Part shown: one piece after another, positions 17,926-27,493 of the stretch
How positions within the stretch are numbered: position 1 is the stretch's first letter
How the letters are laid out: each line of letters begins with the position of its first letter
NCBI GenBank assembly: GCA_007118075.1
Contig: SKSH01000151.1
Coordinates: forward strand, 1-41,746
Reading direction: 5' to 3'
Source: Halobacteriales archaeon
GTDB taxonomy: Archaea > Halobacteriota > Halobacteria > Halobacteriales > SKSH01
DNA length: 41,746 nt
Program-made: the position numbers and the translations under genes
Notes under the pieces: generated by a model
Told to the model about the DNA's origin: nothing
Database searches by the model: none
Seen by the model: the letters and a program-made list of their open reading frames with translations, nothing else

Positions 17926-19200
17926 TCAATGGTTGCGAGCAGCTACTAACTGTCGTGCAACGGTTCTTGCCTGACGCAATCGACCCGGAATACCAACACG
18001 TGCGGTGTAATTTCCGATGAGATGGAGCCCTGGTGGAGTCGAGAGCTGCTCGGTGTGGTTCCAGCTATGATCGTACGCTGGCATACCCGGATCGAGCCGG
18101 TGGACGGCAAGTACCTCAGGAGTGACATCGAGGACGGTCTCGAACTCTTCGACGGCAATCTCACCGAGTTCTGAATCTGAACGGTCAACCATCTCAGGTG
18201 CGTGCATCCCACCGAAGAATGCCGTATGCAGCTTCCCACGACCGAATGCAACACCATTCCAGGAGACCCCCAACGTCTGTAATCCCTCATCACGACGAAC
18301 CTGATATCCCAACCCGTGGTGGTCGATCGATGCCTCGAGGTAGACCATGGCGAGGCGATTGTAATTGAGCGACGCTAACGATTCAGCAATGTCGGGGAAT
18401 GAGGTTCCAAGGAGATTCGCTGCAGCTGGAGCGTCGGTGGCGACGATGACCGAATCGAATGCCTCGGTCTCAGAGGCATGACCGACCTCGAACCCACCAT
18501 CAGTTCGACTGATCCGATCGACAGACGTACCCAGAGAGATATATTCATTATGCCGATCATAGAGCGCCTGCGGGACGGTCTGCATCCCATCGATCGGAAC
18601 CGCAGCTGGTGGGCGATCACGTGAAGCGCGTAACCGACGGAGGATCATCCTCGAGAGCCGACCTCGACCGACCTCATCTTCGACGATCGGGGCCAGCGCG
18701 AACTCGACTGGCATCTCAGCCGGATCAGAACCGTATAGCCCACCGAACAACGGTTCAATCCCGGCTCGGTACGCCTCTGGACCAAGCTTCCGTGTAAAGT
18801 ACGTAGCCACGGTATCATCCTCACGAGCGGGCCCAGTGAGCGGTTCGAGAAGTAACCGTGCCTTCGCCGGCCAACTGATGAGATCGGTGCGGACCAATGA
18901 TCCGGGATCGAACGGTGCGACAGACAATCGGCCATCCCCGTAGACGTAGATCGGGAGATCTGCTGGGGCGAGCTGCAACTCATCGATGAGGTCGAGCTTC
19001 GCGAGGTACTCTTCGACGATTCCATGCAGCCTGAGCCGCTGTGGCCCATACTCGATGACGGTCCCATCCACCACCCGTGATCGGATGACCCCGCCAGGTT
19101 CGTCGGTCGCTTCGAAACCGCAAACATCGATATCACGGGCTCGGAGCTCGTGGACCGTCGCCAAACCAGTTAATCCACCCCCGATTACCGCGACACGCAT
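17926..19200 (-). CDS. FAD-dependent oxidoreductase, protoporphyrinogen/coproporphyrinogen oxidase (HemY/PPOX)-like
   Basis: 424 aa from ATG 19200 (MRVAVIGGGLTGLA, a GxGxxG Rossmann start; FEATDEPGGVIRS). Amine-oxidase-fold length. The ORF-track start at 19326 would overlap trmY. Confidence 0.75.
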   Translation of the reverse strand: MRVAVIGGGLTGLATVHELRARDIDVCGFEATDEPGGVIRSRVVDGTVIEYGPQRLRLHGIVEEYLAKLDLIDELQLAPADLPIYVYGDGRLSVAPFDPGSLVRTDLISWPAKARLLLEPLTGPAREDDTVATYFTRKLGPEAYRAGIEPLFGGLYGSDPAEMPVEFALAPIVEDEVGRGRLSRMILRRLRASRDRPPAAVPIDGMQTVPQALYDRHNEYISLGTSVDRISRTDGGFEVGHASETEAFDSVIVATDAPAAANLLGTSFPDIAESLASLNYNRLAMVYLEASIDHHGLGYQVRRDEGLQTLGVSWNGVAFGRGKLHTAFFGGMHAPEMVDRSDSELGEIAVEEFETVLDVTPEVLAVHRLDPGMPAYDHSWNHTEQLSTPPGLHLIGNYTARVGIPGRLRQARTVARQLVAARNH

Positions 19201-19207
19201 GGACAAT

Positions 19208-19825
19208 CTAAGTCCGTGGGGTATCTGAATCGCTTGTTTCAGCTGCGCGATCAAGGATGTTGTGTGCGATGGATATCGCTTGGTCGCCGTGGAGCACGCG
19301 AGGGCCGACCGAGTAGGCGTTCGCATCGTGGTCGTTCACGACGGACTGTTCCGCTGGTTGAAACGGCTGGTGATCGGAGAGGAGATACGCTGGATTCGAT
19401 GGAACATTATCGGTCGTCAACTGTTCGCCTGAAGGTACCAACTGTATCAGCGTATGATCGACGACCAATCCCTCGAGCGTCTCATCCAATCCCTGCCTCC
19501 TGACGTAGATACCGGGGGTGCTCTCGACTGGCCGTGAACCGAAGGCACGATCGGCTGCGGTCTCGAGAGCCCGACGAAGGAGTGCCGCCGTCGATCGCTC
19601 ATCTGGATGTAAGTGACGTACCGAAGCACCCCGAACCTCGATCGTGAGTGCATCCTGCAACACGATCCAGGTGGTCACGTCCTCGCGGATGCCATGTGAG
19701 AGGAGCAATGACGCGGTGAGGTTCCGACAGATGACATCGAGTCGACCGGCGGCACCGGGAAGGTCATCGAGAGAGAACGAGGGGTCCAGCGGTTGTGTAT
19801 GGCCGACCAGCACGAACGCTCGCAT
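19208..19825 (-). CDS. trmY: tRNA (pseudouridine54-N1)-methyltransferase TrmY (SPOUT, DUF358)
   Basis: 205 aa from ATG 19825 (MRAFVLVGH ... DDLPGAAGRLDVICRNLTASLL), a family-typical N-terminus. The 111-codon upstream extension in the ORF track is Ser/Thr/Ala-rich junk overlapping pus10. Confidence 0.8.
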   Translation of the reverse strand: MRAFVLVGHTQPLDPSFSLDDLPGAAGRLDVICRNLTASLLLSHGIREDVTTWIVLQDALTIEVRGASVRHLHPDERSTAALLRRALETAADRAFGSRPVESTPGIYVRRQGLDETLEGLVVDHTLIQLVPSGEQLTTDNVPSNPAYLLSDHQPFQPAEQSVVNDHDANAYSVGPRVLHGDQAISIAHNILDRAAETSDSDTPRT

Positions 19826-19910
19826 GGGCGAGAGCAGGGAGCCATGAAGCAAAAGGCATCCGACGGCAGGATGGGAATGCACTTTGGCCAGTGCCGTCAA
19901 CGGCACATCG

Positions 19911-21197
19911 ATGGACGTCGTGGACGTCGCCAAGGATGCGGTCGAACTCGGACCGGTCTGTGAGTCGTGTCTCGGCCGAACCATGGCGGATTGGAGTCGT
20001 GGCCTCACGAATCGCCAACGAGGTGAGGCTGCGCTCATCGCGCTGGCCATTGCCGAGGATGTCCCCTTCGAATCGATCGCTCCAGAGGACCAATGTTGGG
20101 TCTGTGAGGGGCTGTGTGACCGGTACGATACGCTCGCTGAGGATGTCGTTGATGCCATCGGCGATCGCGAGTTTTCGACGTATCAGGTTGGCACCAGGCT
20201 CCCACCGTTTATCGCCGAGAACGATCGGCTGTTCAGAGAGGATATCCGAGGTGATGCCAATGCCGGTGAATCGCTCAAACGTGAGTGCAACCGTGAGATC
20301 GGCAAGCGGGTGGGAAAGTTGACTGAAGCCACCGTGGAATTCGGCCGGCCAGATGTCCTCGCGATCGTCGATATCGAAGCTGAGACGATCGAAATTACCG
20401 TCAACTCTGCGTTCATCTACGGGCGCTACCGGAAGCTCGAACGGGGGATCCCACAGACACGGTGGCCGTGTTCCACCTGTGATGGAAGAGGGATCAAACG
20501 CGGAGAAGAATGTCCCGACTGCGATGGTTCCGGGCTCCGCTATCAGCGAAGCGTCGAGCAGCTCGTCGCTCCCTCAATCCAGGAGGCGATGGACGGAAGT
20601 GATGCAACCTTCCATGGGGCTGGTCGGGAGGATATCGATGCTCGGATGCTCGGTACCGGCCGACCATTCGTCGTCGAGGTAAGTGAACCGCGGCGACGGA
20701 CGGTCGACCTACATGCGTTGACCGAGGCGGTTAACACGGCAGCTGGAGGCGCCGTCGAGGTGATCGAGCTCGCCATGGCCACCCACGAGATGGTCGAGCA
20801 CGTGAAAGAGCTCGAGGCGAGCAAGACCTACGAGGTAAACGTCAGTTTCTCTGAGCACATCGACGAGGAAACCCTCACCGAGGCAATCAAAGCGCTCGAG
20901 GGGCGGACCATCGAACAGGAGACGCCGTCGAGGGTTTCCCATCGACGAGCAGCGTTGACCCGTACTCGAACCGTCTACGCGGCTGAACTGCTCGAGGAGA
21001 CTGACTCCGACGCGAGGATCAAGATCCATGGCGAGGGTGGCTTGTACATCAAAGAGCTGCTCCATGGAGACGACGGTCGGACGACCCCCAACCTGGCAGA
21101 CGAACTCGGGGTCACCGTGACCGTCGATGCGTTAGACGTGGTCGAGGTCGTGGCTGAAGGTGATCGCTCGTTCGATACCGAGCGGTACCTTCACTGA
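19911..21197 (+). CDS. pus10: tRNA pseudouridine(54/55) synthase Pus10
   Basis: N-terminal zinc module CESCLGR ... CWVCEGLC and a second one CSTCDGRG ... CPDCDGSG, a THUMP-like middle, and the catalytic block GREDIDARMLGTGRPFVVEV. The first ATG is at 19911. The ORF-track start at 19884 is a TTG. Confidence 0.85.
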   Translation: MDVVDVAKDAVELGPVCESCLGRTMADWSRGLTNRQRGEAALIALAIAEDVPFESIAPEDQCWVCEGLCDRYDTLAEDVVDAIGDREFSTYQVGTRLPPFIAENDRLFREDIRGDANAGESLKRECNREIGKRVGKLTEATVEFGRPDVLAIVDIEAETIEITVNSAFIYGRYRKLERGIPQTRWPCSTCDGRGIKRGEECPDCDGSGLRYQRSVEQLVAPSIQEAMDGSDATFHGAGREDIDARMLGTGRPFVVEVSEPRRRTVDLHALTEAVNTAAGGAVEVIELAMATHEMVEHVKELEASKTYEVNVSFSEHIDEETLTEAIKALEGRTIEQETPSRVSHRRAALTRTRTVYAAELLEETDSDARIKIHGEGGLYIKELLHGDDGRTTPNLADELGVTVTVDALDVVEVVAEGDRSFDTERYLH

Positions 21198-21254
21198 GCC
21201 ACGTACTGACCGTATCCGAGTGGTATTTATCGGCGGCACTATCCATGGCGAGAT

Positions 21255-23285
21255 ATGACCGAGCCAATCGATGCTGAGGAACTCTGTCGACTCAGTACGC
21301 CACTCGATGTAGCAGTATCGCCGGATGGAAATCGGATCGCCTTCACCTCGATCGAATGGAATCGGTCCGATGACTCCAGAATCACCGCTTTGTATGTGGT
21401 TCCATCCGATGGATCAGCACCTCCACACCGACTCTCACGAATCTCGGATGCCTCACAGCCACAATGGAGCCCAGATGGTTCGATGCTCGGATTCATCGGT
21501 GCTCGAGCAGAAGATTATGAGCGACGCATCGGACCAACCGGAGATGAAGAGGAAGTGGATGACGATGAGCCCGACTCGCAGGTCTGGGCGTTCGACCTCG
21601 ACCGAGGTGGTGACGCCATCCAACTTACCGACCGTCAGTGGGGTGTTCGCGGATTCGACTGGTCGCCAGATGGCACACGAATCGTAATCGACGCCAGGGA
21701 TCCAACGGACGAACAGGCTGCATACCTCGAGCGCTTGGAGGAGGATGGGCCAGTGGAGATCGAGCGGTTGCAACACCGTGTCGACGGTGTCGGCTTTACC
21801 GATGATGTCACCTCCTACCTGTTCATCGTCGATCTCGAGACCGGAGAGGAGACTAGACTCGATGAGACTGCTGGAGCTGGCGCCTTCGAACCGCTGTACG
21901 GCTTGCAGCCACAATGGCACCCGAGTGACGAACAGATCGTCTTCCGAAATACTGACACAGACAGGCCTGATGACTCGGTCGTCGGTGAGTTGTTCTTGGT
22001 ATCAGCCGATACTGGACGGTGTGAAAAACTGACCGACGAGGAGATGGCACTCGGCCCGGCCTCGTGGTCACCGACAGGTGATCGACTCACCGTCGCTGGG
22101 AGAGACGCTGCTAACTGGTACCTGCCGAGGGAGGTACTCGCCGTCGATATCGCAGATGGAACGGTGACTCGCTGTACCGCCTCTCTCGACGGGACCGTCT
22201 CCTGGTTCGCCGATCCGAGGTTCATCGATGACGAGACGATCATCGCCGGTATCGGAGATGCGGGCCGGACCGTCGTCTACCGACTTGACCTCGATGGGGA
22301 ATCACCAACGGAGCTCGATGTCGGGATCGATACCGACCAGGCATCGATCCGAGCCCTCGATGTCGGTGGTGAGACGGTCGCGCTCACCCGAAGCCATCCC
22401 AGTGACGGTGTGGACGTGTTCGCGATGGATGCCTCCCTTGAGACTCCAGCTTCGCAACTCACCACGTTGAACGAAGCATTCCTCGGCGAATATCCACAAC
22501 CGAACTTCACGAGGACACGTTCGCCCAGTGCTGACGGGATCGAGGTCGAATCGATGGTCTACTATCCTGATTCGTTCGACCCAGAATCGCCCGAGCCACA
22601 CCCAACCATCATCTGGACCCATGGTGGACCGATGTCCTACGATGATCCAACATACGCATTCCACTTCGCCTATCTCACCAGCCGTGGTTACGTCATCGTC
22701 AAGCCGAACTATCGAGGTTCCACCTCATACGGAAGTGAATTCGCTGAGACACTCCGAGGTCGTTGGGGAACCGCCGACGTCGAAGACACCCTCGCTGTCG
22801 TCGAAGATCTCGTCGCCCGTGATTGGATCGAGACAGATCGCCTCTTTGCGACTGGCTTCTCCTACGGTGGGATCTTGACTGGGTTCCTCATCACCCGGAC
22901 CGACCGTTTCACCGCAGCGGCTGCTGAGCATGGAATCTACGATCTCAAATCGGAGTTCGGGACCAGCGACTCCCATGTGTGGCTCGGTGAAGAGTTCGGT
23001 CTTCCATGGGAGGACCACGAACGATATCGTGAAGTCTCATCGATCAGCGATATCGGCAATGTAGAAACAGCGACACTGGTCACCGCTGGCTCAGAAGATT
23101 GGCGATGTCCACCGACCCAATCAGAACAGCTCTATGTCAGCCTCAGAAAGCAGGGGATACCCGCCAAACTAGTGATCTACCCTGGTGAGAACCACGACAT
23201 CAGTACGCCCGAACGAGCGATCCATCGCCTCGAGACGCTCGTCGATTGGTTCGAACTGCACGACCCCACGGTCGAAAGCGAGTAA
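21255..23285 (+). CDS. S9-family serine peptidase (prolyl oligopeptidase/acylaminoacyl-peptidase type) with N-terminal beta-propeller
   Basis: 676 aa. Repeated SPDG/WSPDG propeller signatures. Catalytic GFSYGG (Ser) and GENHDI (His) in the C-terminal alpha/beta-hydrolase domain. Confidence 0.9.
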   Translation: MTEPIDAEELCRLSTPLDVAVSPDGNRIAFTSIEWNRSDDSRITALYVVPSDGSAPPHRLSRISDASQPQWSPDGSMLGFIGARAEDYERRIGPTGDEEEVDDDEPDSQVWAFDLDRGGDAIQLTDRQWGVRGFDWSPDGTRIVIDARDPTDEQAAYLERLEEDGPVEIERLQHRVDGVGFTDDVTSYLFIVDLETGEETRLDETAGAGAFEPLYGLQPQWHPSDEQIVFRNTDTDRPDDSVVGELFLVSADTGRCEKLTDEEMALGPASWSPTGDRLTVAGRDAANWYLPREVLAVDIADGTVTRCTASLDGTVSWFADPRFIDDETIIAGIGDAGRTVVYRLDLDGESPTELDVGIDTDQASIRALDVGGETVALTRSHPSDGVDVFAMDASLETPASQLTTLNEAFLGEYPQPNFTRTRSPSADGIEVESMVYYPDSFDPESPEPHPTIIWTHGGPMSYDDPTYAFHFAYLTSRGYVIVKPNYRGSTSYGSEFAETLRGRWGTADVEDTLAVVEDLVARDWIETDRLFATGFSYGGILTGFLITRTDRFTAAAAEHGIYDLKSEFGTSDSHVWLGEEFGLPWEDHERYREVSSISDIGNVETATLVTAGSEDWRCPPTQSEQLYVSLRKQGIPAKLVIYPGENHDISTPERAIHRLETLVDWFELHDPTVESE

Positions 23286-23317
23286 ACCTTTGTCAGTCGC
23301 GGACAGAGGGTTCGATC

Positions 23318-23986
23318 ATGGGCCGGCTCATCGGCGTCGACGAGGCAGGTCGTGGACCGGTCATCGGTTCACTCTTCGTCGGTGCCGTGTCGGTACCCGA
23401 CCGGCGTGTGCTCCCCGAATCGGTCGATGACTCGAAGGTACTGACGCCGGCGACGCGGGGTGAACTCGCCAAACAGCTCACCGACCAAGATGCCATCAGA
23501 ACCACCGTTGCCGAGCTTACGGTCGAGACGATCGATGAGAGCCATCGCTCACTGACCGAGCTGATTGCAGAGACCTTCGCCACCGTCATCAACCGGCTTG
23601 GTGAACCCGGTGATCGAGTCATCACTGACGCAGGAGAAGCGGATACCGACCGCTTTGACCATCGGGTTGAACAACACCTCACTACGCTGGTCGATTTCAA
23701 ATCGCAGATCAAGGCCGATGCGAACGATCCACTCGTCGGCGCAGCAAGCATCCTCGCCAAGGAGGCTCGTGAGGCGCACGTCCGTGAACTCACCACGGCG
23801 TACGGACAGATCGGTTCGGGGTATCCAAGCGACCCGAAAACCCGGCGGTTCCTTGTCGAATATGTTGAGGAAACCAATGAACTTCCAGCCTGTGCCAGAC
23901 GGAGCTGGTCGACCAGCCAAGATGTCCTCGCTGCGGTGGCACAGTCGTCATTTGACGAGTTCATCCGGATGGATCATCCGGAATAA
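23318..23986 (+). CDS. rnhB: ribonuclease HII
   Basis: 222 aa from ATG 23318: MGRLIGVDEAGRGPVIGSLFVGAV, DDSK, and GSGYPSDPKTRRFL near the C-terminus. The ORF-track start at 23246 is a TTG overlapping the peptidase gene. Confidence 0.9.
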   Translation: MGRLIGVDEAGRGPVIGSLFVGAVSVPDRRVLPESVDDSKVLTPATRGELAKQLTDQDAIRTTVAELTVETIDESHRSLTELIAETFATVINRLGEPGDRVITDAGEADTDRFDHRVEQHLTTLVDFKSQIKADANDPLVGAASILAKEAREAHVRELTTAYGQIGSGYPSDPKTRRFLVEYVEETNELPACARRSWSTSQDVLAAVAQSSFDEFIRMDHPE

Positions 23987-23990
23987 CCGG

Positions 23991-25604
23991 TCACTTGTCG
24001 GTCTTGATGAGCCGGAGGATGTTCCCGTATGCTGGTCTGGTGAGCAACACGCCGATGAGCACACCGAGAATGGTCACGATGGCGAATCCGCGGAGATCAC
24101 CAAGATCCATGATGGCGAGGGGACTCATCGCGAGGATCGTCGTGGCTGCCGCTGCCCCGATGACCCAGAATGCCTTCCGGAACCGGCTATCGAACACCCG
24201 TTGGGAGTGGACATCGTGTTTGCCCATCACCTCGTCTGCGATGATGATGAGGTCGTCCACGCCAGTCCCGACGACGGCAATGAACCCAGCCATAATCGCC
24301 AGATCGAGGGACATACCGATGGCTGCGGCGAATCCTAGCAGGAGATAGAGCTCAGAAAGTGCAGTGATCGACATTGGCGCGGCAACGCGTGGATCGCCGT
24401 ACCTGAAGAACACCATCATCACCACGGCGAGGATTGCCACCAGTCCGGTCAAGAGGGAGTTCTGTAGGAATCGCTCAGCAAGCGCCGGTGAGATCTCCAT
24501 GTCGGTCGAATCATCGAGATTCAACTGCGCGGCGAGTGCACCCTCTTGCAGGTTGATCCGAACTTGTTCCGCATCAGCCCGTTCTTGGGTCTGAATCAAG
24601 AAGGTCGGATTCTGAATGAAACTCGGGTCAGCTCCCGCCCACGTCTGTCGTAACCCATCGGTGATCCCATACCCCGCTAGGACCTCACCGTCTTGGATGA
24701 CGAGCAAGCAGTAACCCCAGCTCCCCTCCTCAGGTCGTTCTTGAGGCATTTCATCATTATCGGGGCCGTAATCACACGCACCGACGGCATCAGGTTGGTC
24801 GAAGCCTCCTTCCTGGAGTAACTCGACGAAGGTTGGTGCCTGATCGGAGGTGACGGTAACGGGTACCTGGAAGAGGTCACCATCCTGCCTGACGGAATCG
24901 ACACCTGCTATGTCCTGTTGGCCATCGAGCACTGCCGCCTCATCCCAACCATCGCCATCTGGATAGTGCGCGACCACCTGGACGGCACCACGGTCGGCCA
25001 TCGCCTCTCTGAGCTCGGCCAGGGTACCTGGCCACTCAGCAGCGATGAACGCCCCCACACCAGTCATAGTCTGTTCGGTGACCGAGCCACCTGCGAAACC
25101 GGCCGCATCAAGTCGGTTGTTGAGGACGGTGATGATGTCGCTCCTCGTCGCAGAGGTCACACCTTCTCTCGGGCCGGAGAACTCATCCTCGGTGAGTCCC
25201 GCATGGAGCAACGCATCCCTCAACTGGTCGATGGTCACGTCTGGGTCGAAAATCTCGATGGTCCCGGCCTCAGCATCGGTTCGATGATCCGGGCCGCTCA
25301 CGTTCAGGTACTCCGCCACCGAGGCACCGATCTCATCGGCCTCCTCGACTGATTCGAAGGTGATGTCTTCAGCGGTCACACCATGGACCGGGGCGATCAC
25401 TCTCGATCCACCAGCGAGGTCGATCCCGAACTGGAGGTTGGTCAGTCGGTCTGCTTCTCCATCACCTTCGAACCCGCCAGTCTCGCCACCAATGGTCGCT
25501 CCTGGTACGAAGAGGAAGTACGTCGCGAGGAGGACCAAGACCACCAGCAGAACGATCCGCCAGTTGTTCCGTACACCGCCGTACGCCGTCTTGAGTTGCT
25601 TCAT
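23991..25604 (-). CDS. secD: protein-export membrane protein SecD
   Basis: 537 aa: N-terminal TM, a large acidic extracytoplasmic domain, and 5 C-terminal TMs (GFIAVVGTGVDDLIIIADE). 4-nt ATGA overlap with secF upstream. Confidence 0.85.
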   Translation of the reverse strand: MKQLKTAYGGVRNNWRIVLLVVLVLLATYFLFVPGATIGGETGGFEGDGEADRLTNLQFGIDLAGGSRVIAPVHGVTAEDITFESVEEADEIGASVAEYLNVSGPDHRTDAEAGTIEIFDPDVTIDQLRDALLHAGLTEDEFSGPREGVTSATRSDIITVLNNRLDAAGFAGGSVTEQTMTGVGAFIAAEWPGTLAELREAMADRGAVQVVAHYPDGDGWDEAAVLDGQQDIAGVDSVRQDGDLFQVPVTVTSDQAPTFVELLQEGGFDQPDAVGACDYGPDNDEMPQERPEEGSWGYCLLVIQDGEVLAGYGITDGLRQTWAGADPSFIQNPTFLIQTQERADAEQVRINLQEGALAAQLNLDDSTDMEISPALAERFLQNSLLTGLVAILAVVMMVFFRYGDPRVAAPMSITALSELYLLLGFAAAIGMSLDLAIMAGFIAVVGTGVDDLIIIADEVMGKHDVHSQRVFDSRFRKAFWVIGAAAATTILAMSPLAIMDLGDLRGFAIVTILGVLIGVLLTRPAYGNILRLIKTDK

Positions 25605-26482
25605 CTCGACACCCCTCGGAACTTGTACCAGCGAAGCATGCTGAGGTTGAGGAGATAGGTGTTCATCAGATCGGCAGCGAGCCCGATGAAAAGGATCAGC
25701 CCGATCGCCGAGAGGATCTCGATCCCGAAGATGGTCGCAACGACGAACATCGCGAACATGGCTGCCATCGAGGTCACCGTCATCGTCACTCCCGTCTCCA
25801 TTGCCCGATAGGTGCTCTCGTAAAAGCCTCCGCTTCGCCGAAGGATGTGGTTGTTGAGCAGGATGTCCGAGTCCACACTGTAGCCGATGAGCATCAACAA
25901 GGCAGCGACGGTCCCGAAGGTGAGTGGGATATCGAGGATGTTCATTGCAGCGAGTGGAATCATGATATCTGAGAAGGCGGAGACGACAATCGCAATCGAT
26001 GGGATGAAGGTTCGAAACAGGACGAACGCGAGGAGGCTCATCCCGATGAACGCGATGGCGATCGCGAGTATGGCCAGTTGTTGTTGTTCATCTGCGAATG
26101 CCGGGGAAACGACACGCTCTCCTTCGACCACGTCGTCGGCCCCACCTACCGGTGTTAACTCCGTATTTGCAGTCTCACGCAACGAATCGATATCTGTGCT
26201 GTCAAAGCGGAGGATGAACTGGTTATCCTCCCCAACGACTTGCTGAATCGAATCAAGCTCTGCACCGAATGCCTCCTCAATCTCTACACGGTCACTCTCG
26301 GTCTCGATCGTCAGCTCAGAACCGCCGGTGAACTCGATCCCGAGCATCGCCGGAGATCCGGTCACTACCCAGGTCAAACCGATGATGAGCAGAGCAACGG
26401 CGAGGACGGCAAGTGGAACGGCGGCGAGTTGCCGGTTCGAGTACCGGTCGTATGGTGGCTCCGGTATCTCGAATGTGAACAT
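25601..26482 (-). CDS. secF: protein-export membrane protein SecF
   Basis: 293 aa with the same architecture (TM, loop, 5 TMs; LIGYSVDSDILLNNHIL). Translationally coupled to secD. Confidence 0.85.
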   Translation of the reverse strand: MFTFEIPEPPYDRYSNRQLAAVPLAVLAVALLIIGLTWVVTGSPAMLGIEFTGGSELTIETESDRVEIEEAFGAELDSIQQVVGEDNQFILRFDSTDIDSLRETANTELTPVGGADDVVEGERVVSPAFADEQQQLAILAIAIAFIGMSLLAFVLFRTFIPSIAIVVSAFSDIMIPLAAMNILDIPLTFGTVAALLMLIGYSVDSDILLNNHILRRSGGFYESTYRAMETGVTMTVTSMAAMFAMFVVATIFGIEILSAIGLILFIGLAADLMNTYLLNLSMLRWYKFRGVSR

Positions 26483-26588
26483 TATCGATGGCTACAGACG
26501 CACCTCCGGTTAAGCCTTCTTATGAGCCGGCGCGGTGAGGCGTGTCATCGGAGCAATCGTTATCCTGCTTGGACCCCTCAGAACGGCC

Positions 26589-26906
26589 ATGGACACACGA
26601 TCGTCAGAGACGGTCGTCATCAGCTTTCCCGCAGACCTCTCCATCTGGGGGCGACAACAGATCGATACCCCACACTTTCGTGCATACCTTAAGAAGACGC
26701 TCGGTCAAATCGAGCGCGGTGACGAATGGGAGGAATTCGTCGGGGTCGGCTGTTGTGGGAACACCCTCGATGTACCGCTTCGGATCGAACAGATCGACGG
26801 CGACGGCATCGTCAACCCCGATACCGAGATCGAATACGTCGAACGAGAGGCGTGCGGGATTGCTGGGGGTTGGCTGGTACAAAGTGCCGGTGGGCCGACC
26901 GTCTAA
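26589..26906 (+). CDS. hypothetical acidic protein (strand assignment uncertain)
   Basis: 105 aa from ATG 26589 (MDTRSSETVVISFPADL...), net acidic. An in-register antisense ORF (26604-26999) is equally open and equally acidic. I prefer + because the antisense ORF has no ATG after the stop of the neighbouring minus-strand gene (only a TTG at 26882). Confidence 0.35.
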   Translation: MDTRSSETVVISFPADLSIWGRQQIDTPHFRAYLKKTLGQIERGDEWEEFVGVGCCGNTLDVPLRIEQIDGDGIVNPDTEIEYVEREACGIAGGWLVQSAGGPTV

Positions 26907-27415
26907 TTCTGCACTACCCTTTGGTCCACGAGGACGAGCAGCACGATGACCACGAGCGGCAGGATGACAGCGATCGGCCAGGATAGACCATTGAGCCACT
27001 CGATAGCAGTGGCAAACCGGCCAGATCCCTCATCGATGTACTCCGACGGTGCAGAGATGATGAGGGCCAGGTAGATCGAGGCGACCAAAGCGTATCCGAA
27101 GCCTCCGTACAGCCGTTCGAGGGAGACCATCTCACCAGGGCTGGTGGTCCGACGCTGAGCAAGCCAGAGTGGGGTGATGATTGCTGCGATGATACCGATA
27201 CCGCCGAGTAGCAACAGGCCAGGCGCCAGCATGAGGAGTGCCGAGGTGCCATCGGTATCTGCGATCCACCCGGGCAGTGCAAGGAGGATCAACACCACCG
27301 TGAAGAGGATCACGAAGATGGCGATGATCGCGTATGAACGAAGGATGCGAGATCGATCCTGGCTGAGACAGCTACGAAATGAGGCAATGATGAGACTCCT
27401 CGATCTCGGTCCCAT
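26903..27415 (-). CDS. hypothetical membrane protein (about 4 TM)
   Basis: 170 aa from ATG 27415, with four long hydrophobic segments. No recognisable motif. Confidence 0.6.
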   Translation of the reverse strand: MGPRSRSLIIASFRSCLSQDRSRILRSYAIIAIFVILFTVVLILLALPGWIADTDGTSALLMLAPGLLLLGGIGIIAAIITPLWLAQRRTTSPGEMVSLERLYGGFGYALVASIYLALIISAPSEYIDEGSGRFATAIEWLNGLSWPIAVILPLVVIVLLVLVDQRVVQN

Positions 27416-27493
27416 TGTGCGATAATCCGGGACGTTCCTGAATAAGCAACCCGGTACGGAACGGTTTAGGAGCAGGCGGTCGCGTCATCCGCC

